This document shows, piece after piece, positions 34,850 to 45,132 of a DNA stretch of 64,000 bases. The DNA lies in contig CAZRWD010000003.1 in NCBI GenBank assembly GCA_964603785.1, forward strand, positions 142,716-206,715, given 5' to 3'. The position numbers and the translations under genes were made by a program. Positions within the stretch are counted from its first letter, which is position 1. Each line of letters opens with the position of its first letter. The stretch is from an uncultured bacterium. Its GTDB lineage: Bacteria; Fermentibacterota; Fermentibacteria; Fermentibacterales; Fermentibacteraceae. The notes below the pieces were generated by a model that saw nothing but the letters and a program-made list of their open reading frames with translations, was not told where the DNA came from and ran no database searches.

Positions 34850-36182
34850 TCACATCACTCCCGTGAACGGCGCGAGGACATCCTCGATGTCCGGCTTGCC
34901 TATCTCCTGCAGGTCGTAGGTCACCCTGACGGAGGGCTTGTCGATGGATATGACGCGGGCCAGGTCGATGGGCGTGGCTATCACGACCGTGTCGCAGTCC
35001 GACCTGCGTATCGTCTCCTCCAGGTCCCTCATCTGGTCGGCCCCGTAGCCCATGGCCGGGAGGACCTTCGCCTCCTCGCGGCCGGCGTAGTACTTCGCGT
35101 AGGTGTCGGCGATGGTCCCGACGGCGAAGGGCCTGGGGTCGACGAAGGACGCCGCCCCGAACCTCTCGGCGGCAACGAAGCCCGCGCCGTACTCCATGTC
35201 GCCGTGTGTGAGGGTGGGGCCGTCCTCCACCACCAGCACGCGCTGCCCCGTGATGAGGCAGGGATCGGGCACGGAGACGGGGCTGGCGGCCTCGATGATC
35301 ACCGCGAGGGGGTTGGTTGCGCGCACGTTGCCGCGCACCTCGTTGACGTCCTCGGGGTAGGCGGAGTCTATCTTGTTGATGACTATGACGTCGGCAAGCC
35401 TGAGGTTGGTCTGGCCGGGGTAGTAGCTGATCTCGTCGCCGGGCCTGTGCGGGTCGACCACGGTGATGGTGAGGTCCGGGCGGAAGAAGGCGGTGTCGTT
35501 GTTGCCGCCGTCCCAGAGGATGATGTCGGCCTCCTTCTCGGCCTCGCGCAGGATGGCCTCGTAGTCGACGCCGGCGTACACTACGACGCCCCTGGCGATG
35601 TGGGGCTCGTACTCCTCCATCTCCTCGATGGTGCACCTGTGCCTCTGTAGGTCCTCTATCTCGGCGAAGCGCTGGACGCGCTGGGCCACCAGGTCACCGT
35701 AGGGCATCGGGTGGCGGACGGCCACGACCTTCCTGCCCGCGGCCCTGAGCACCTCGGCCACGCGGCGGGTTGTCTGGCTCTTCCCGCAGCCCGTGCGGAC
35801 GGCGGTCACGGCTATCACCGGCTTCGAGCTCGCCAGCATCGTGCGCCCGACTCCGAGCATCGCGAAGTCGGCGCCGGCCGCGTTCACCCTGCTGGCGAGC
35901 GCCATGACCTGGTTGTCGGACACGTCGCTGTAGGCCATGACGCAGAGCTCGACGCCCCTGGAGGCTATGACGTCCTCGAGCCCGTCCTCGGCGACGATGG
36001 ATATGCCGTCGGGATAGCCCGCGCCCGCGAGGGCGGCCGGGTACTTCCTGTCGTCGATGTCGGGGATCTGCGTGGCGGTGAAGGCCACGACCTCGTGCGA
36101 GGGGTCGTTCCGGAACACGGTGTTGAAGTTGTGGAAGTCACGCCCGGCGGCTCCGAGTATCACAGTTCTCTTGCCTGGCATG
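34850..36182 (-). CDS. Cyclic 2,3-diphosphoglycerate synthetase-like P-loop protein
   Basis: Trimmed to MPGKRTVILGAAGRDFHNFN. Walker-A-like motif GCGKSQTT preceded by an N-terminal Rossmann-like segment. Overall resemblance to archaeal cDPG synthetase (e.g. ILGTGKRIGKT...VVAMGRGGPEEPE). Five-nt gap to korD suggests co-transcription. Confidence 0.45.
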
Positions 36183-36437
36183 GCGATGGTCCTTTCCGCA
36201 AGTGAGACCGCATCTTGCAGGAAAGCAACAGCGGGCCGAAGGAGACAGGCCCGGCCTCTCCCGACGTTGCCGGCCGGCCCCGGGGCCGGCCCTTCCGAGT
36301 AAAGCGAATCATGCAACATAGGATACGGGCGTCAACACACGGACCCCGCCCGGGCCTTGACAATCGCAGCCCTGAAGGAATACTTGTGTGTTGTGCCCTG
36401 TCCCGAGTAGTGGTCCTATCACCCGAAGGGAGATGGA

Positions 36438-37160
36438 ATGAAATCCATCCTTGTTCTCCTGGCTCTCGCGATGGGCGTCTCCTTCGCCCAGCCGCCCGAC
36501 GTCATCACCATCGAGTACGATGAGTACGGCGGCTTCGGCACAGGTCCCCTGACCGCCATCGCCAACCTCTGGCCGGCGTGCACCGTCGAGGCCTTCAACG
36601 GCAACCCCGCCGGCTGGGCCGACGCGGTCGACTCCAACACCGACATCGCCATCGGCGACATGCACAACTACGCCCTGCAGGACGCAGCCGCCTACTTCTA
36701 CCTCAAGGACTGGTACGAGGATCCCGCCCTCGGCCCCATGTGGTACGCGAGCTGGCAGATGTCCCAGGCCTATGACGACGCCCTGACCGCCGCGATGGGC
36801 ATCACCGCGGCCAGCGCCGTCGGAATGCCCCCGATCACCCACTACGTCTGGGAGGCCGCGCACCCCGTGTTCGACGGCATCACCGACCCCTCCTACGGCG
36901 ACCCCGGCTACGGCACGGGTGCCAACAGGATAACCGTCGGCGCCGCCACCCCGATCTCCGGGTGGACCAGCTCGCCCACGGCAGGCCAGGCCGCCATGTG
37001 CGTCGCCACTGACGGCGAGAGCATAATCAGCGGCTACTTCGCCTCCCTCAACCCCACCCAGGCCGTTCCCCTCTGGGAGAACATCCTCGAGTTCATGTGG
37101 GGCGACGTCGGTCTCACGCCGGCATCCTGGGGCTTCATCAAGGCCGAGTTCGGGCGCTAG
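36438..37160 (+). CDS. Hypothetical secreted protein
   Basis: Clear signal peptide (MKSILVLLALAMGVSFAQP) and protein-like composition. No family recognised. Confidence 0.5.
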   Translation: MKSILVLLALAMGVSFAQPPDVITIEYDEYGGFGTGPLTAIANLWPACTVEAFNGNPAGWADAVDSNTDIAIGDMHNYALQDAAAYFYLKDWYEDPALGPMWYASWQMSQAYDDALTAAMGITAASAVGMPPITHYVWEAAHPVFDGITDPSYGDPGYGTGANRITVGAATPISGWTSSPTAGQAAMCVATDGESIISGYFASLNPTQAVPLWENILEFMWGDVGLTPASWGFIKAEFGR

Positions 37161-37247
37161 TCCGACCCGACAGGATCTCATCGGGGGGAGGCTCCGGCCT
37201 CCCCCCTCTCCATCCCGGGAGGTCCGGGCACTCCGGGATCAACAAGC

Positions 37248-38027
37248 ATGGAGGGAGTCTTCGCCATGACAGCCGTCGCCCTGGTGCTTGCAGCCCTCTC
37301 CGCCGCCGAGCCCCCGCTGTACGACCCGGGGCTCAGGGCGGCCGGACGGACTGCCGACTCGGTAGTCGCGGAAGTTCCGGGCCGGTTCGGCTTCATGGGC
37401 CTCGACCTGGAGCACAGGCGCAACTTCGTGCTCAGCGAGGGCGGCTTCTTCGACTGCGGATCCATGCCCCTGCTCCCTGTCGCCTGCGCCGTCTGCCTCA
37501 GGGCGCTGCCGACGGGGGCGGCGTTCCCGGTGGCTCCCGACGAACTGATCCTGGACGCATGGAGAGGTGATCCGGCGGCGATCGAGGCCCTTGCCTCCCG
37601 GCTCGGCAGGGCGAACACGGAGAGGTGGCTGGACGCATGCCTCCTGCAGGCGACACACCTCCCGGAGGACGGCGTGGGAATCCTGCCCTGGACATCCACG
37701 GCCTGGGACTGCGCGGTCATGCTCGCCTGGATGGACAGGTTCCTCCCGGCCAGCGGCATCCCCCACCCGGGGGCGCCCACGGTGTCGCGGCAGATCCTGG
37801 AGGCGTTTCCCGCTGACCTGGAGCCGCTGGGCTGCGAGGTCAGATCGGATGACGGCTACCGCGGGGTGTTCGCGGTCCATCTGCCGTGGGACAGGGTGCT
37901 GGGGCTCTCAATGCTGGCCGACTCCCTGACCGGAGGCCCGGAGGCCGACCAGGCCCTGGCTCTGATGATCAGGAGGCTCTGTGCGGGGAACATGGATTAC
38001 ACGGAGGCGTACATCCCCGGGCAGTGA
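37248..38027 (+). CDS. Hypothetical secreted or exported protein
   Basis: Possible signal peptide (MTAVALVLAALSAA). Cys pairs. No family recognised. Confidence 0.35.
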   Translation: MEGVFAMTAVALVLAALSAAEPPLYDPGLRAAGRTADSVVAEVPGRFGFMGLDLEHRRNFVLSEGGFFDCGSMPLLPVACAVCLRALPTGAAFPVAPDELILDAWRGDPAAIEALASRLGRANTERWLDACLLQATHLPEDGVGILPWTSTAWDCAVMLAWMDRFLPASGIPHPGAPTVSRQILEAFPADLEPLGCEVRSDDGYRGVFAVHLPWDRVLGLSMLADSLTGGPEADQALALMIRRLCAGNMDYTEAYIPGQ

Positions 38028-38040
38028 TCCCCTGCGGAGC

Positions 38041-38502
38041 CTATCCACCGCGCCGACTGCAGCCCGCCGTCCCCTCCCCGGGACGGAGGATGGCGATCAT
38101 CGCCAGAGAGACCCCCGCCCCGGCCAGGAGGCCGGTTGCGGTCCTCATGAGGAAGCTGCTCTCGTAAAGGCCCAGATGCTGCATCAGCCCGTCCGCCGCC
38201 AGGGGCAGTATCAGGAGGGCCGCTGCCGGGGGACCGATCCTGCCCGACAGGCGGTCCGGGATCAGCGCCCCCAGGGCCATGCCGCTCCAGAATGCCGTGC
38301 ACCTTGCGCACAGACCCGACATGCCCCACGGGAGATCGATGCACCTCGCGGGAAACCTGTGGCAGGTCGCCGACAGGAAGCGGTCCAGCAACGCGGCGGA
38401 CCGTTCCGGCACCAGGCCGTGCAGCCAGGAGGCTAGCGCCATGACCAGGGCCGGACCGGCGACGAGGATGCGGACCGGGCGGTTCCTCAGCCGTCCGCCC
38501 AC
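38041..38502 (-). CDS. DUF2085-family membrane protein
   Basis: Matches the DUF2085 signature CHRFPARC...LPWGMSGLCARCTAFWSG (CHQxPxRSF...CARCTG), with four TM helices. Confidence 0.5.
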   Translation of the reverse strand: MGGRLRNRPVRILVAGPALVMALASWLHGLVPERSAALLDRFLSATCHRFPARCIDLPWGMSGLCARCTAFWSGMALGALIPDRLSGRIGPPAAALLILPLAADGLMQHLGLYESSFLMRTATGLLAGAGVSLAMIAILRPGEGTAGCSRRGG

Positions 38503-39896
38503 GTCGATCTGGTCCAGTTGAAGCGCTCGCGCACCGAACCCTCCCCCAGGAGCTCGCGGGCGGCGTAGTCCCCCATCTCGAGAGAATGATCCATGTTGTT
38601 GTAGCGGAAGAGGCCCTGGCGACCGCAGGTGACGATCCCGGGGATCCTCTCGACGGCGTCGAGGACGGCGGCGGACCGCCTGTCGTAGCCGAGGGCGTAG
38701 ACGGGATAGGCGTGGGCCTGCCTCGCGACCGTGGACCCCATCACCTCGTCCCTCTCGAAGAGGCCGAGCCTCGCGCCCCCCTCGACGCAGGCGGCCTCGA
38801 GCCCGGTGCCTCCGTGCCAGAGAGCGTCGTTCTCGTCGCAGGTGAATTCGAACACGACCTGGCCGCCCTCGTCGGAGGCCGTCGGATCGAAGTTCTCGGG
38901 GATGGAGAGCCTGTTGAACCCGTAGCGGGGCTCGGGGGTGTAGATCCAGTGGTCCCGGGCCGCCGGCCTCCCGACGAGCTTCAGGGTCACGAACACGACG
39001 GCCCTGAATCGCAGTCCCGCGGCGGCCTCGCGTATCCCGTCCGGCAGGGCCGGGCCGAGGAGCCCGGCGAACTCCGGGAGGGGGATCGTGTTGATCACGC
39101 CGGCGGCCTCGAGGGTGCCGGAGGAGGTCCGCACCGTGAAGCCCCCCCGGGGGGAGGCCTCGACGGATTCAGGCGGACTGTCGGTGATGACGGTCCCCCC
39201 GCCGCCCGTGATCCTCCCGGCGAGGGCATCTGCTATCCTGCCGATCCCGCCCCTGGGATAGTGGAAGAGGCTGACGAGGCTCCGTATCTCCCTCCCGCCA
39301 GGCGCGAGCGTCGCCCTGACCAGGCCGGCGAGGCTGGGGACGGAGATCCTCTGGCTCGCCCAGTCGGAGGACATCGAGGAGGGCGGCATGCCCCAGAGCT
39401 TCTCCGTGTACGGTCCGAAGTAGATGTCGTAGAGCCTGCGCCCGAACCTGTCTACCACCCAGGTCTCGAAGCTGGCGTCGTCGGGTCCCCGCAGCGCGGA
39501 GCGGATCCTCGCCAGCGCGTAGCTGCCCAGCATGGCCGCGCCGCTCGCCGGGGGCATGCGCCTCAGCACGTCGGGAAGGCTGAGGGGATAGACGAAGTAG
39601 CGGTCCAGGAGCCTGATCCTGCTCATCCTCTCGAGCCTCAGGAGGTCGCCTCCCAGCAGCCCGGTCACCCTCTGCAGGATCCCGTCGTTCGAGGTGTGGA
39701 ACCTGTGCGGCCCGTAGTCGAACCTGAACCCCCCGCAGCGGCGTGTGGCGGCCAGGCCGCCTATCTGCCCCTGCTTCTCCAGGACGACGCACCTGACACC
39801 CCTCCGGCAGAGCACGTCCGCCGCCGACAGGCCGGCGAGGCCCGCCCCGAGGACCACGACGGTGTCGCCGGCCTTCAGCGGGGCTCGTCTATCCAT
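38487..39896 (-). CDS. FAD-dependent oxidoreductase (amine-oxidase/protoporphyrinogen-oxidase-like)
   Basis: Trimmed to MDRRAPLKAG. Dinucleotide-binding motif VVVLGAGLAGLSAADVLCRRGVRCVVLEKQGQIGG. About 469 aa. The N-terminal 390 aa of the track ORF are Arg-rich and spurious. Confidence 0.7.
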   Translation of the reverse strand: MDRRAPLKAGDTVVVLGAGLAGLSAADVLCRRGVRCVVLEKQGQIGGLAATRRCGGFRFDYGPHRFHTSNDGILQRVTGLLGGDLLRLERMSRIRLLDRYFVYPLSLPDVLRRMPPASGAAMLGSYALARIRSALRGPDDASFETWVVDRFGRRLYDIYFGPYTEKLWGMPPSSMSSDWASQRISVPSLAGLVRATLAPGGREIRSLVSLFHYPRGGIGRIADALAGRITGGGGTVITDSPPESVEASPRGGFTVRTSSGTLEAAGVINTIPLPEFAGLLGPALPDGIREAAAGLRFRAVVFVTLKLVGRPAARDHWIYTPEPRYGFNRLSIPENFDPTASDEGGQVVFEFTCDENDALWHGGTGLEAACVEGGARLGLFERDEVMGSTVARQAHAYPVYALGYDRRSAAVLDAVERIPGIVTCGRQGLFRYNNMDHSLEMGDYAARELLGEGSVRERFNWTRSTWADG

Positions 39897-41473
39897 CGCA
39901 CCCTCTGCCTCTCGTCCGGCTCGACGAGAGGCCTGGCACGCACGTATCCGACCACGGCATCGTACAGGGTTATCCCCGCAGGGACCGCCTCGAACTCCGA
40001 GAGGATCCCGTAGCCGACGTTGCCCTGCGCGAGGTAGCCGGTCGTGACGAGGACGTATCCGGCCCCCGGGTCGACCGGGAAGCCTCCTATGAGCAGCTGC
40101 TCGATCTTGGCCATGTCCGGCAGCGCCTGGTTCCTCACGGCGGTGAACCCGGCGGGCTCCATGTCCCGCCGACGCCCCTGCATCCCCGTCTCCAGGACCC
40201 GCAGGAGCTGCTCGCCGGTCAGTGTCACGAGGTAGAGGTCCTCCTCGAAGGGGATGGCCTCGTATATGATGCGCGGGGTGATCGGGCCCCTGGGAACTGC
40301 GGCCCGGATCCCGCCCCTGTTCATCAGCGCGACGTCGGCCCCCGAGGCCTCGAGCATGGCGTCCGCGACGAGCCTGCCAAGCGGGTGCTCGGCCGTCCCG
40401 CGGGGGATCTCCCGGGCAGCCTCGCCGATGACGTCGTCCATCCCGGCTTCGGCGACCGCGCGGAAACCCTCGATGAGGGCCCATGCGGCCGGGTCGGGGA
40501 GGAACTCGTCGTGCAGGAGGTTCACCAGGAGCTCGCCCCCGGGACACTCCCAGCCCACGAGGGATCGGGTCTCCGTGTCGATCCAGAGCCTCAGGTGGCA
40601 GAGTCCCGTGCCGTTGGCGTACCCCTGGACGACTATCGTGTGGGTGTAGGGGTTCACCCACGGCATGCGGAGCCCGAAGTGGGTATGCCCGGAGATGATG
40701 AGGTCGATCCCCGGCACCAGCGTGGAGAGCTCGGCGTTGTTGAGCGCGAAGTCCTTCTCGAACCCGGTGCCGGCCTGCGCCGCCGCGACGACTCTGGAGA
40801 CGTATCCGTCGGGATCGGAGGGCTGCCCCAGGTGCGAGAGGATGAAGACCAGGTCGGCGCCCTCGTTGCGCACCCTCTCGATCTCGGCGCGCACCGCCTC
40901 CTCCTCCGGGAGGAAGATGTAGCCCTCGAGAAGCCCGGGATCCACCAGCCCCCAGGTATCGGTCGTGCAGAGCCCGATGAGCGCTATCCTCACGCCTTCG
41001 TACTCGAGCATCACGTGCGGGAGGACCGGCTCGGGAACGAGGCCGGTCTCCACCGAGACCAGGTTGCACCCCAGGACCGGGAAGCGCGCCTCGCGGGCGA
41101 GGGCGAGCGCGTTAGCGACCCCGTCGTCGAAGTCGTGGTTGCCCAGCGTCCAGGCCTCGTAGCCCGCGAAGTTCATCCACTCGACGACGGACATGCCCGT
41201 GTCGGAGTTGCCCACGGGCGTTCCCTGGTAGATGTCGCCCGCGTCCACGAAGAGGCAGTACATGCCTTCCGCCGCCCGTTCCCTGCGCACGGCGTCCACG
41301 TAGCCCAGGAGCCACGCGCCGCCGCCGATCCCGGGCGGGAAGTCGGGGTTGAGGAATGTCGCATTCCTGGGGGTTATCCCCCCGTGCACGTCGTTGGTGT
41401 GGATGACGTCGAGGCTGAACACCCCCCCCGAGACGGGGACGGCGGCCGCCAGGGCGAGGAGGAGCAGCCTCAT
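39875..41473 (-). CDS. Secreted bifunctional metallophosphatase/5'-nucleotidase
   Basis: Signal peptide. Calcineurin-like phosphoesterase motifs (IHTNDVHG, GDIYQGT, GNHDFD, GHTH). 5'-nucleotidase C-terminal domain. Confidence 0.75.
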   Translation of the reverse strand: MRLLLLALAAAVPVSGGVFSLDVIHTNDVHGGITPRNATFLNPDFPPGIGGGAWLLGYVDAVRRERAAEGMYCLFVDAGDIYQGTPVGNSDTGMSVVEWMNFAGYEAWTLGNHDFDDGVANALALAREARFPVLGCNLVSVETGLVPEPVLPHVMLEYEGVRIALIGLCTTDTWGLVDPGLLEGYIFLPEEEAVRAEIERVRNEGADLVFILSHLGQPSDPDGYVSRVVAAAQAGTGFEKDFALNNAELSTLVPGIDLIISGHTHFGLRMPWVNPYTHTIVVQGYANGTGLCHLRLWIDTETRSLVGWECPGGELLVNLLHDEFLPDPAAWALIEGFRAVAEAGMDDVIGEAAREIPRGTAEHPLGRLVADAMLEASGADVALMNRGGIRAAVPRGPITPRIIYEAIPFEEDLYLVTLTGEQLLRVLETGMQGRRRDMEPAGFTAVRNQALPDMAKIEQLLIGGFPVDPGAGYVLVTTGYLAQGNVGYGILSEFEAVPAGITLYDAVVGYVRARPLVEPDERQRVRWIDEPR

Positions 41474-41483
41474 CCCGCCCACC

Positions 41484-42680
41484 TCACAGCGAGAAGGCCC
41501 GCGAGGCCGAGATGACGATCGTCGTGCGGGTCTCCTCGATCATCAGGCTGTCGCCCGCATCGAGCGAGAGCATCGCCGGGAGGTCCTGCTGGTCCCACGA
41601 GCGCGGGGTGAACGAGCCGCCTGCATCCAGGGTCCATCCGTCCGGGAGGGTGAAGCCCATGCCCGCCGTGAAGGATGCCGCGTTCAGCGCACGGTCGACC
41701 GGCGAGCGGTCGTACCTGAAGCCGAACCTGCAGACCGGGCCGCCGGGGATGTGGTTCTCGATGCCGGCCGAGGCGTGCCATGCGTCGTCCATGCCCATGT
41801 CCACGCCGTCGAGCTCCGCCCCCGACATGGCGCGGTAGGCGACCTCGGCGGTGAACCTGCTGCGCAGGGCGTTGCCCGGAAGCCAGGATGCGCCCAGGCT
41901 CACCTCGGGCGGGAGATCGTAGTCGCCCTCGAAGCCGCCCGACCAGCCCAGGGAGAGGATCTGCTCCGCCCCGGCGCACACCGTGAGCCTGGGGGACGGC
42001 TCGAGGAGGATGGAGAGCCTGCCGGCGAACCCCGACAGTTCCGCGGACTCCGAGACCTCCTCGTCGGTGATCCCGGGATCGATCCAGTCCCTCGACCAGG
42101 TGAAGTCCCTGGAACCCGAGAGCAGGCCTCCGCCCACGCCGACCCCCAGGAGGCCGGACACCCTGAACGCCGCCGCGAGTCCGATCTCCCCGAGCATGCC
42201 GCTGGAGGTCAGCTCCTCGAACCCGACCGGCACGTAGTAGTCGTTGTTGATGGTCCTGTCGTAGTCGTAGTCGAAGGAGCCCCTCGCCCGGAAGCCCAGC
42301 CCCAGGGCCAGGCCGGGCGGCAGCCAGGACACCTCCGAGAGCGAGGCGGCGATGCCCGCCGGCAGGAGCCGGACCGTCCTGTTGAACGCGTGCTCGGCCT
42401 CTCCGATGGAGCTGCCGAACTCGTCGTACACGGTCCTGGTCCTCTTCTCAGTCTCCAGCTCGAGCGCTCCCGACAGCCCGGTCGAGAGGCCCGGACCGAC
42501 CAGGAGCAGCGCGGCGGGGTTGGACAGGGCGCCCAGGGCGGTCGGGTCCATGAACCCGGCACGGCCCGTCGAGAGCGCGGCTCCCCCCCCCGAGGGGGCC
42601 CAGCCGCCGGTCGAGAGAAAGGTCTCCGGAAGGCCGGCGGCCATGACCGCCGATGTCGCAAGCACGCATAGAAGAGTCAT
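41484..42680 (-). CDS. Outer-membrane beta-barrel protein (PorV/PorP-like)
   Basis: Signal peptide. Weak PorV-like N-terminal motif (GRAGFMDPTALGALSNPAAL). Amphipathic beta-strand periodicity. C-terminal FSL. Confidence 0.5.
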   Translation of the reverse strand: MTLLCVLATSAVMAAGLPETFLSTGGWAPSGGGAALSTGRAGFMDPTALGALSNPAALLLVGPGLSTGLSGALELETEKRTRTVYDEFGSSIGEAEHAFNRTVRLLPAGIAASLSEVSWLPPGLALGLGFRARGSFDYDYDRTINNDYYVPVGFEELTSSGMLGEIGLAAAFRVSGLLGVGVGGGLLSGSRDFTWSRDWIDPGITDEEVSESAELSGFAGRLSILLEPSPRLTVCAGAEQILSLGWSGGFEGDYDLPPEVSLGASWLPGNALRSRFTAEVAYRAMSGAELDGVDMGMDDAWHASAGIENHIPGGPVCRFGFRYDRSPVDRALNAASFTAGMGFTLPDGWTLDAGGSFTPRSWDQQDLPAMLSLDAGDSLMIEETRTTIVISASRAFSL

Positions 42681-42693
42681 CGAAACCCCCGGC

Positions 42694-45132
42694 CTACCAG
42701 CGGAAGTCCAGCTGGCAGCTGAAACCGTAACCGGTCGATCTGTCGCCGAAGTCGGTGACAGTCCCCGCGGGATCGCCCTCGTAGTGGTACTGGTCCTCGG
42801 GGTCGGGCCTGTAGAGCCCGTTCCTCGGGAAGACCGTGTCCTTCCTGAGCACCCTCAGGCGGAGCTGGAGCATGTCCGACACGGTCTGCTTGAGGGTTAT
42901 GTAGAACTTGGTGCCGCGTCCGTCGAGGAAGTCTATCCCGGTGTCCTCGAACTCCCACTGGCTCATCCCGTCCGTCGTCCAGAGCGTTGTCCCGCCAAGG
43001 ACCGAGAAGTCGTCGGTGAAGCGGTGCTCCCACCTCGCGCTTATGTAGCCGCCGGTCATCAGGCGGTCGTCGTCGTACCGAGGGTTGGGCGTGAGCTCGA
43101 CGGCGCCGGCGCGCAGCGAGATCTCGAAGAAGTCGTCGCCCGGAGGCAGGATGAAGGTGCGGAGGGTGACCTCGTGGGTGACGGAGCTCGTCGGGACGAC
43201 ATCCTGCATCTTGGTCTTGTCCTGCAGCTTGTACTTGAGGCGGAACCTCACCGGGAAGACCGGCCTGTACTCGACCTCCCCCTGGAACCGGTAGTTCTCG
43301 AACCCCCATGGCACGGACCGCCAGAGGTCGAGGTACACCCTGGGGAACACGACCTGCCGGCTGACCTGGAAGCGTGACTCGAGGTACAGCCCCTCCTCGG
43401 GCTTGGGCACCGGCCAGCCGGCCAGCTCGCCCATGAGCGGGTCGTTCAGGTAGTAGGGCTTCTCGAAGATGGTGTCGTCGAAGCGCGCCTGCTCGGCGAA
43501 GCCCCTGTTGTAGGGGTTCGTGTAGCCCAGCCCGTACCGGCGCCATGCGCCCAGGATGTAGAACCAGTCGTTCTGCCAGCGGACGCTGGAGATCATCGCC
43601 GTGGCGTCGTTGTCCTGGACTGCGGCCTCGGCCTCGAACGAGAGCGGGCCCAGCACGGTCTGCCCGCTCACCGACCAGACCCCGAGACCGTCTCCGTCGG
43701 GCATGCCCTCGTACTCCGGGCAGATCCAGTTCTCGGCGTCGCCGGGTATGTCGATCTCCTGGGGATCGGGGTCGAGGGAGTCGCTCCACGAGACGGCCAT
43801 GACCCCGGCCCCGAGGGCCGTGCCGTACGGCAGCAGGCCTCCCAGGTCCACGATCCCGTAGCCGCCGGCGGTGGTCTCCCTGACGGCCCCGGCCTGCCAG
43901 GTGGTCCTGAACGGGGTCAGGACGAGGGCGTTCGGGGTGCCGTCCGAGTTGACGATCGCATCCCTGGGGGCGCTCGAGAAGAACCCGAACCCGACGAGCC
44001 TGCCCGCCCTGGCCTCCATCGCCGCCCCGGTGAAGGCGAACTGCCTGGTGGAAGTCAGGTCCGGATGCAGGCCCCACGGCCTGTAGAGGGTGCGGCTCAT
44101 GAACTCGTCGGTGTTGTCCAGCATGAGGCCCTGGCCCAGGGAGAGCCTGTAGTTGCCGAGTATGACCTGTCTGACAGGGCCGAGATGGGACAGCGAAGCG
44201 AAGGCCTTGGCCACGTCATAGGTGTCTCCCAGACCGCCCAGGTCGAAGTCCGACACCAGGCCGTACCCGGAGGTGGAGGAGGCCCCCCGCGACACCCTGA
44301 GACCGGCGCGGAAGCGGTCGCCCACACCGAGGCGCAGGTTCTGCTCGGTGCCGGTCACCCCCCTTGCCTCGAGGAGCTGCCCGTACTCGTCGGATATCCT
44401 GTCGTGGAGGGCGGCGCTGTCGACCGGGGAGCCGGCGTAGCTCCTGCCCCCGCTGCCGAAGTCGGACAGGGCGCTGGCGAGGCCGTCGAGCCTGGAGTCC
44501 AGCCCCTCCTCGCCCGCCCACCTGCCGGAGGCCGCATCCACCGAGACGCGGAGGGAGCCGAAGACCTCCATGCTGCTCAGGTCGAGCTCCCTGACGGCGA
44601 TGAAGTCCCTCATGTTCCGGTAGCCGTAGTAGGAGAGGTTCTCCGTGCCCCTGAAGGAGGTCACCCCCGAGACGGGACCCATCTCGGCGAGCCTCCTCTC
44701 CACCGCCGCGGCGTCCACAAGGCTGACCCTGTCGAGCATCCTGAGATCCCAGTGGGTCAGGTCGTTGGCCGGGAGCGGCCTCACCAGGAGGTCCTCCCAC
44801 AGGTCGACGGCCGCGTCGCCGGGGCCGTCCTCGGTGGCCAGCCTCTCCATGACGTCCAGCACCGCCGGGCTTATCCGGCCGGGCGGCGGCGGCAGGACCG
44901 AGCAGTTGCTCCTCAGCCACCCGAGCTCGACCGCCGTGAAGCCCGGTATCTCCATCACCTCGTAGATGTCGCCGATGCCGCCGGTTTCCAGGATGTAGGC
45001 ATGCAGGGCCGACGCCTGGGCGTCCGTCAGGCCCTCGAGGGCCTCGAGCTCCTCCAGCCCGGCCGAGTTGAGGTCGATGCCGGGGATCGAGGGCTGCAGC
45101 AGGAGCGCGGCCGCGAGGAGGCTAGAAAGCAT
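42694..45132 (-). CDS. Large outer-membrane beta-barrel protein with N-terminal tandem ComEA-like helix-hairpin-helix (HhH) domains
   Basis: Signal peptide. ComEA-type HhH motifs (IDLNSAGLEELEALEGLTDAQASALHAYILETGGIGDIYEVMEIPGFTAVEL). A second HhH-like stretch near residue 130. An extended strand-rich domain of about 650 aa ending in an aromatic residue (LDFRW). Confidence 0.6.
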   Translation of the reverse strand: MLSSLLAAALLLQPSIPGIDLNSAGLEELEALEGLTDAQASALHAYILETGGIGDIYEVMEIPGFTAVELGWLRSNCSVLPPPPGRISPAVLDVMERLATEDGPGDAAVDLWEDLLVRPLPANDLTHWDLRMLDRVSLVDAAAVERRLAEMGPVSGVTSFRGTENLSYYGYRNMRDFIAVRELDLSSMEVFGSLRVSVDAASGRWAGEEGLDSRLDGLASALSDFGSGGRSYAGSPVDSAALHDRISDEYGQLLEARGVTGTEQNLRLGVGDRFRAGLRVSRGASSTSGYGLVSDFDLGGLGDTYDVAKAFASLSHLGPVRQVILGNYRLSLGQGLMLDNTDEFMSRTLYRPWGLHPDLTSTRQFAFTGAAMEARAGRLVGFGFFSSAPRDAIVNSDGTPNALVLTPFRTTWQAGAVRETTAGGYGIVDLGGLLPYGTALGAGVMAVSWSDSLDPDPQEIDIPGDAENWICPEYEGMPDGDGLGVWSVSGQTVLGPLSFEAEAAVQDNDATAMISSVRWQNDWFYILGAWRRYGLGYTNPYNRGFAEQARFDDTIFEKPYYLNDPLMGELAGWPVPKPEEGLYLESRFQVSRQVVFPRVYLDLWRSVPWGFENYRFQGEVEYRPVFPVRFRLKYKLQDKTKMQDVVPTSSVTHEVTLRTFILPPGDDFFEISLRAGAVELTPNPRYDDDRLMTGGYISARWEHRFTDDFSVLGGTTLWTTDGMSQWEFEDTGIDFLDGRGTKFYITLKQTVSDMLQLRLRVLRKDTVFPRNGLYRPDPEDQYHYEGDPAGTVTDFGDRSTGYGFSCQLDFRW

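Noticed and set aside
38487-41069. N-terminal 390 codons of the 860-aa ORF upstream of the FAD oxidoreductase
   Set aside because: Arg/Gly/Pro-rich and overlapping the well-supported 5'-nucleotidase gene in another frame. The oxidoreductase begins at the Rossmann-motif-proximal ATG at 39896.
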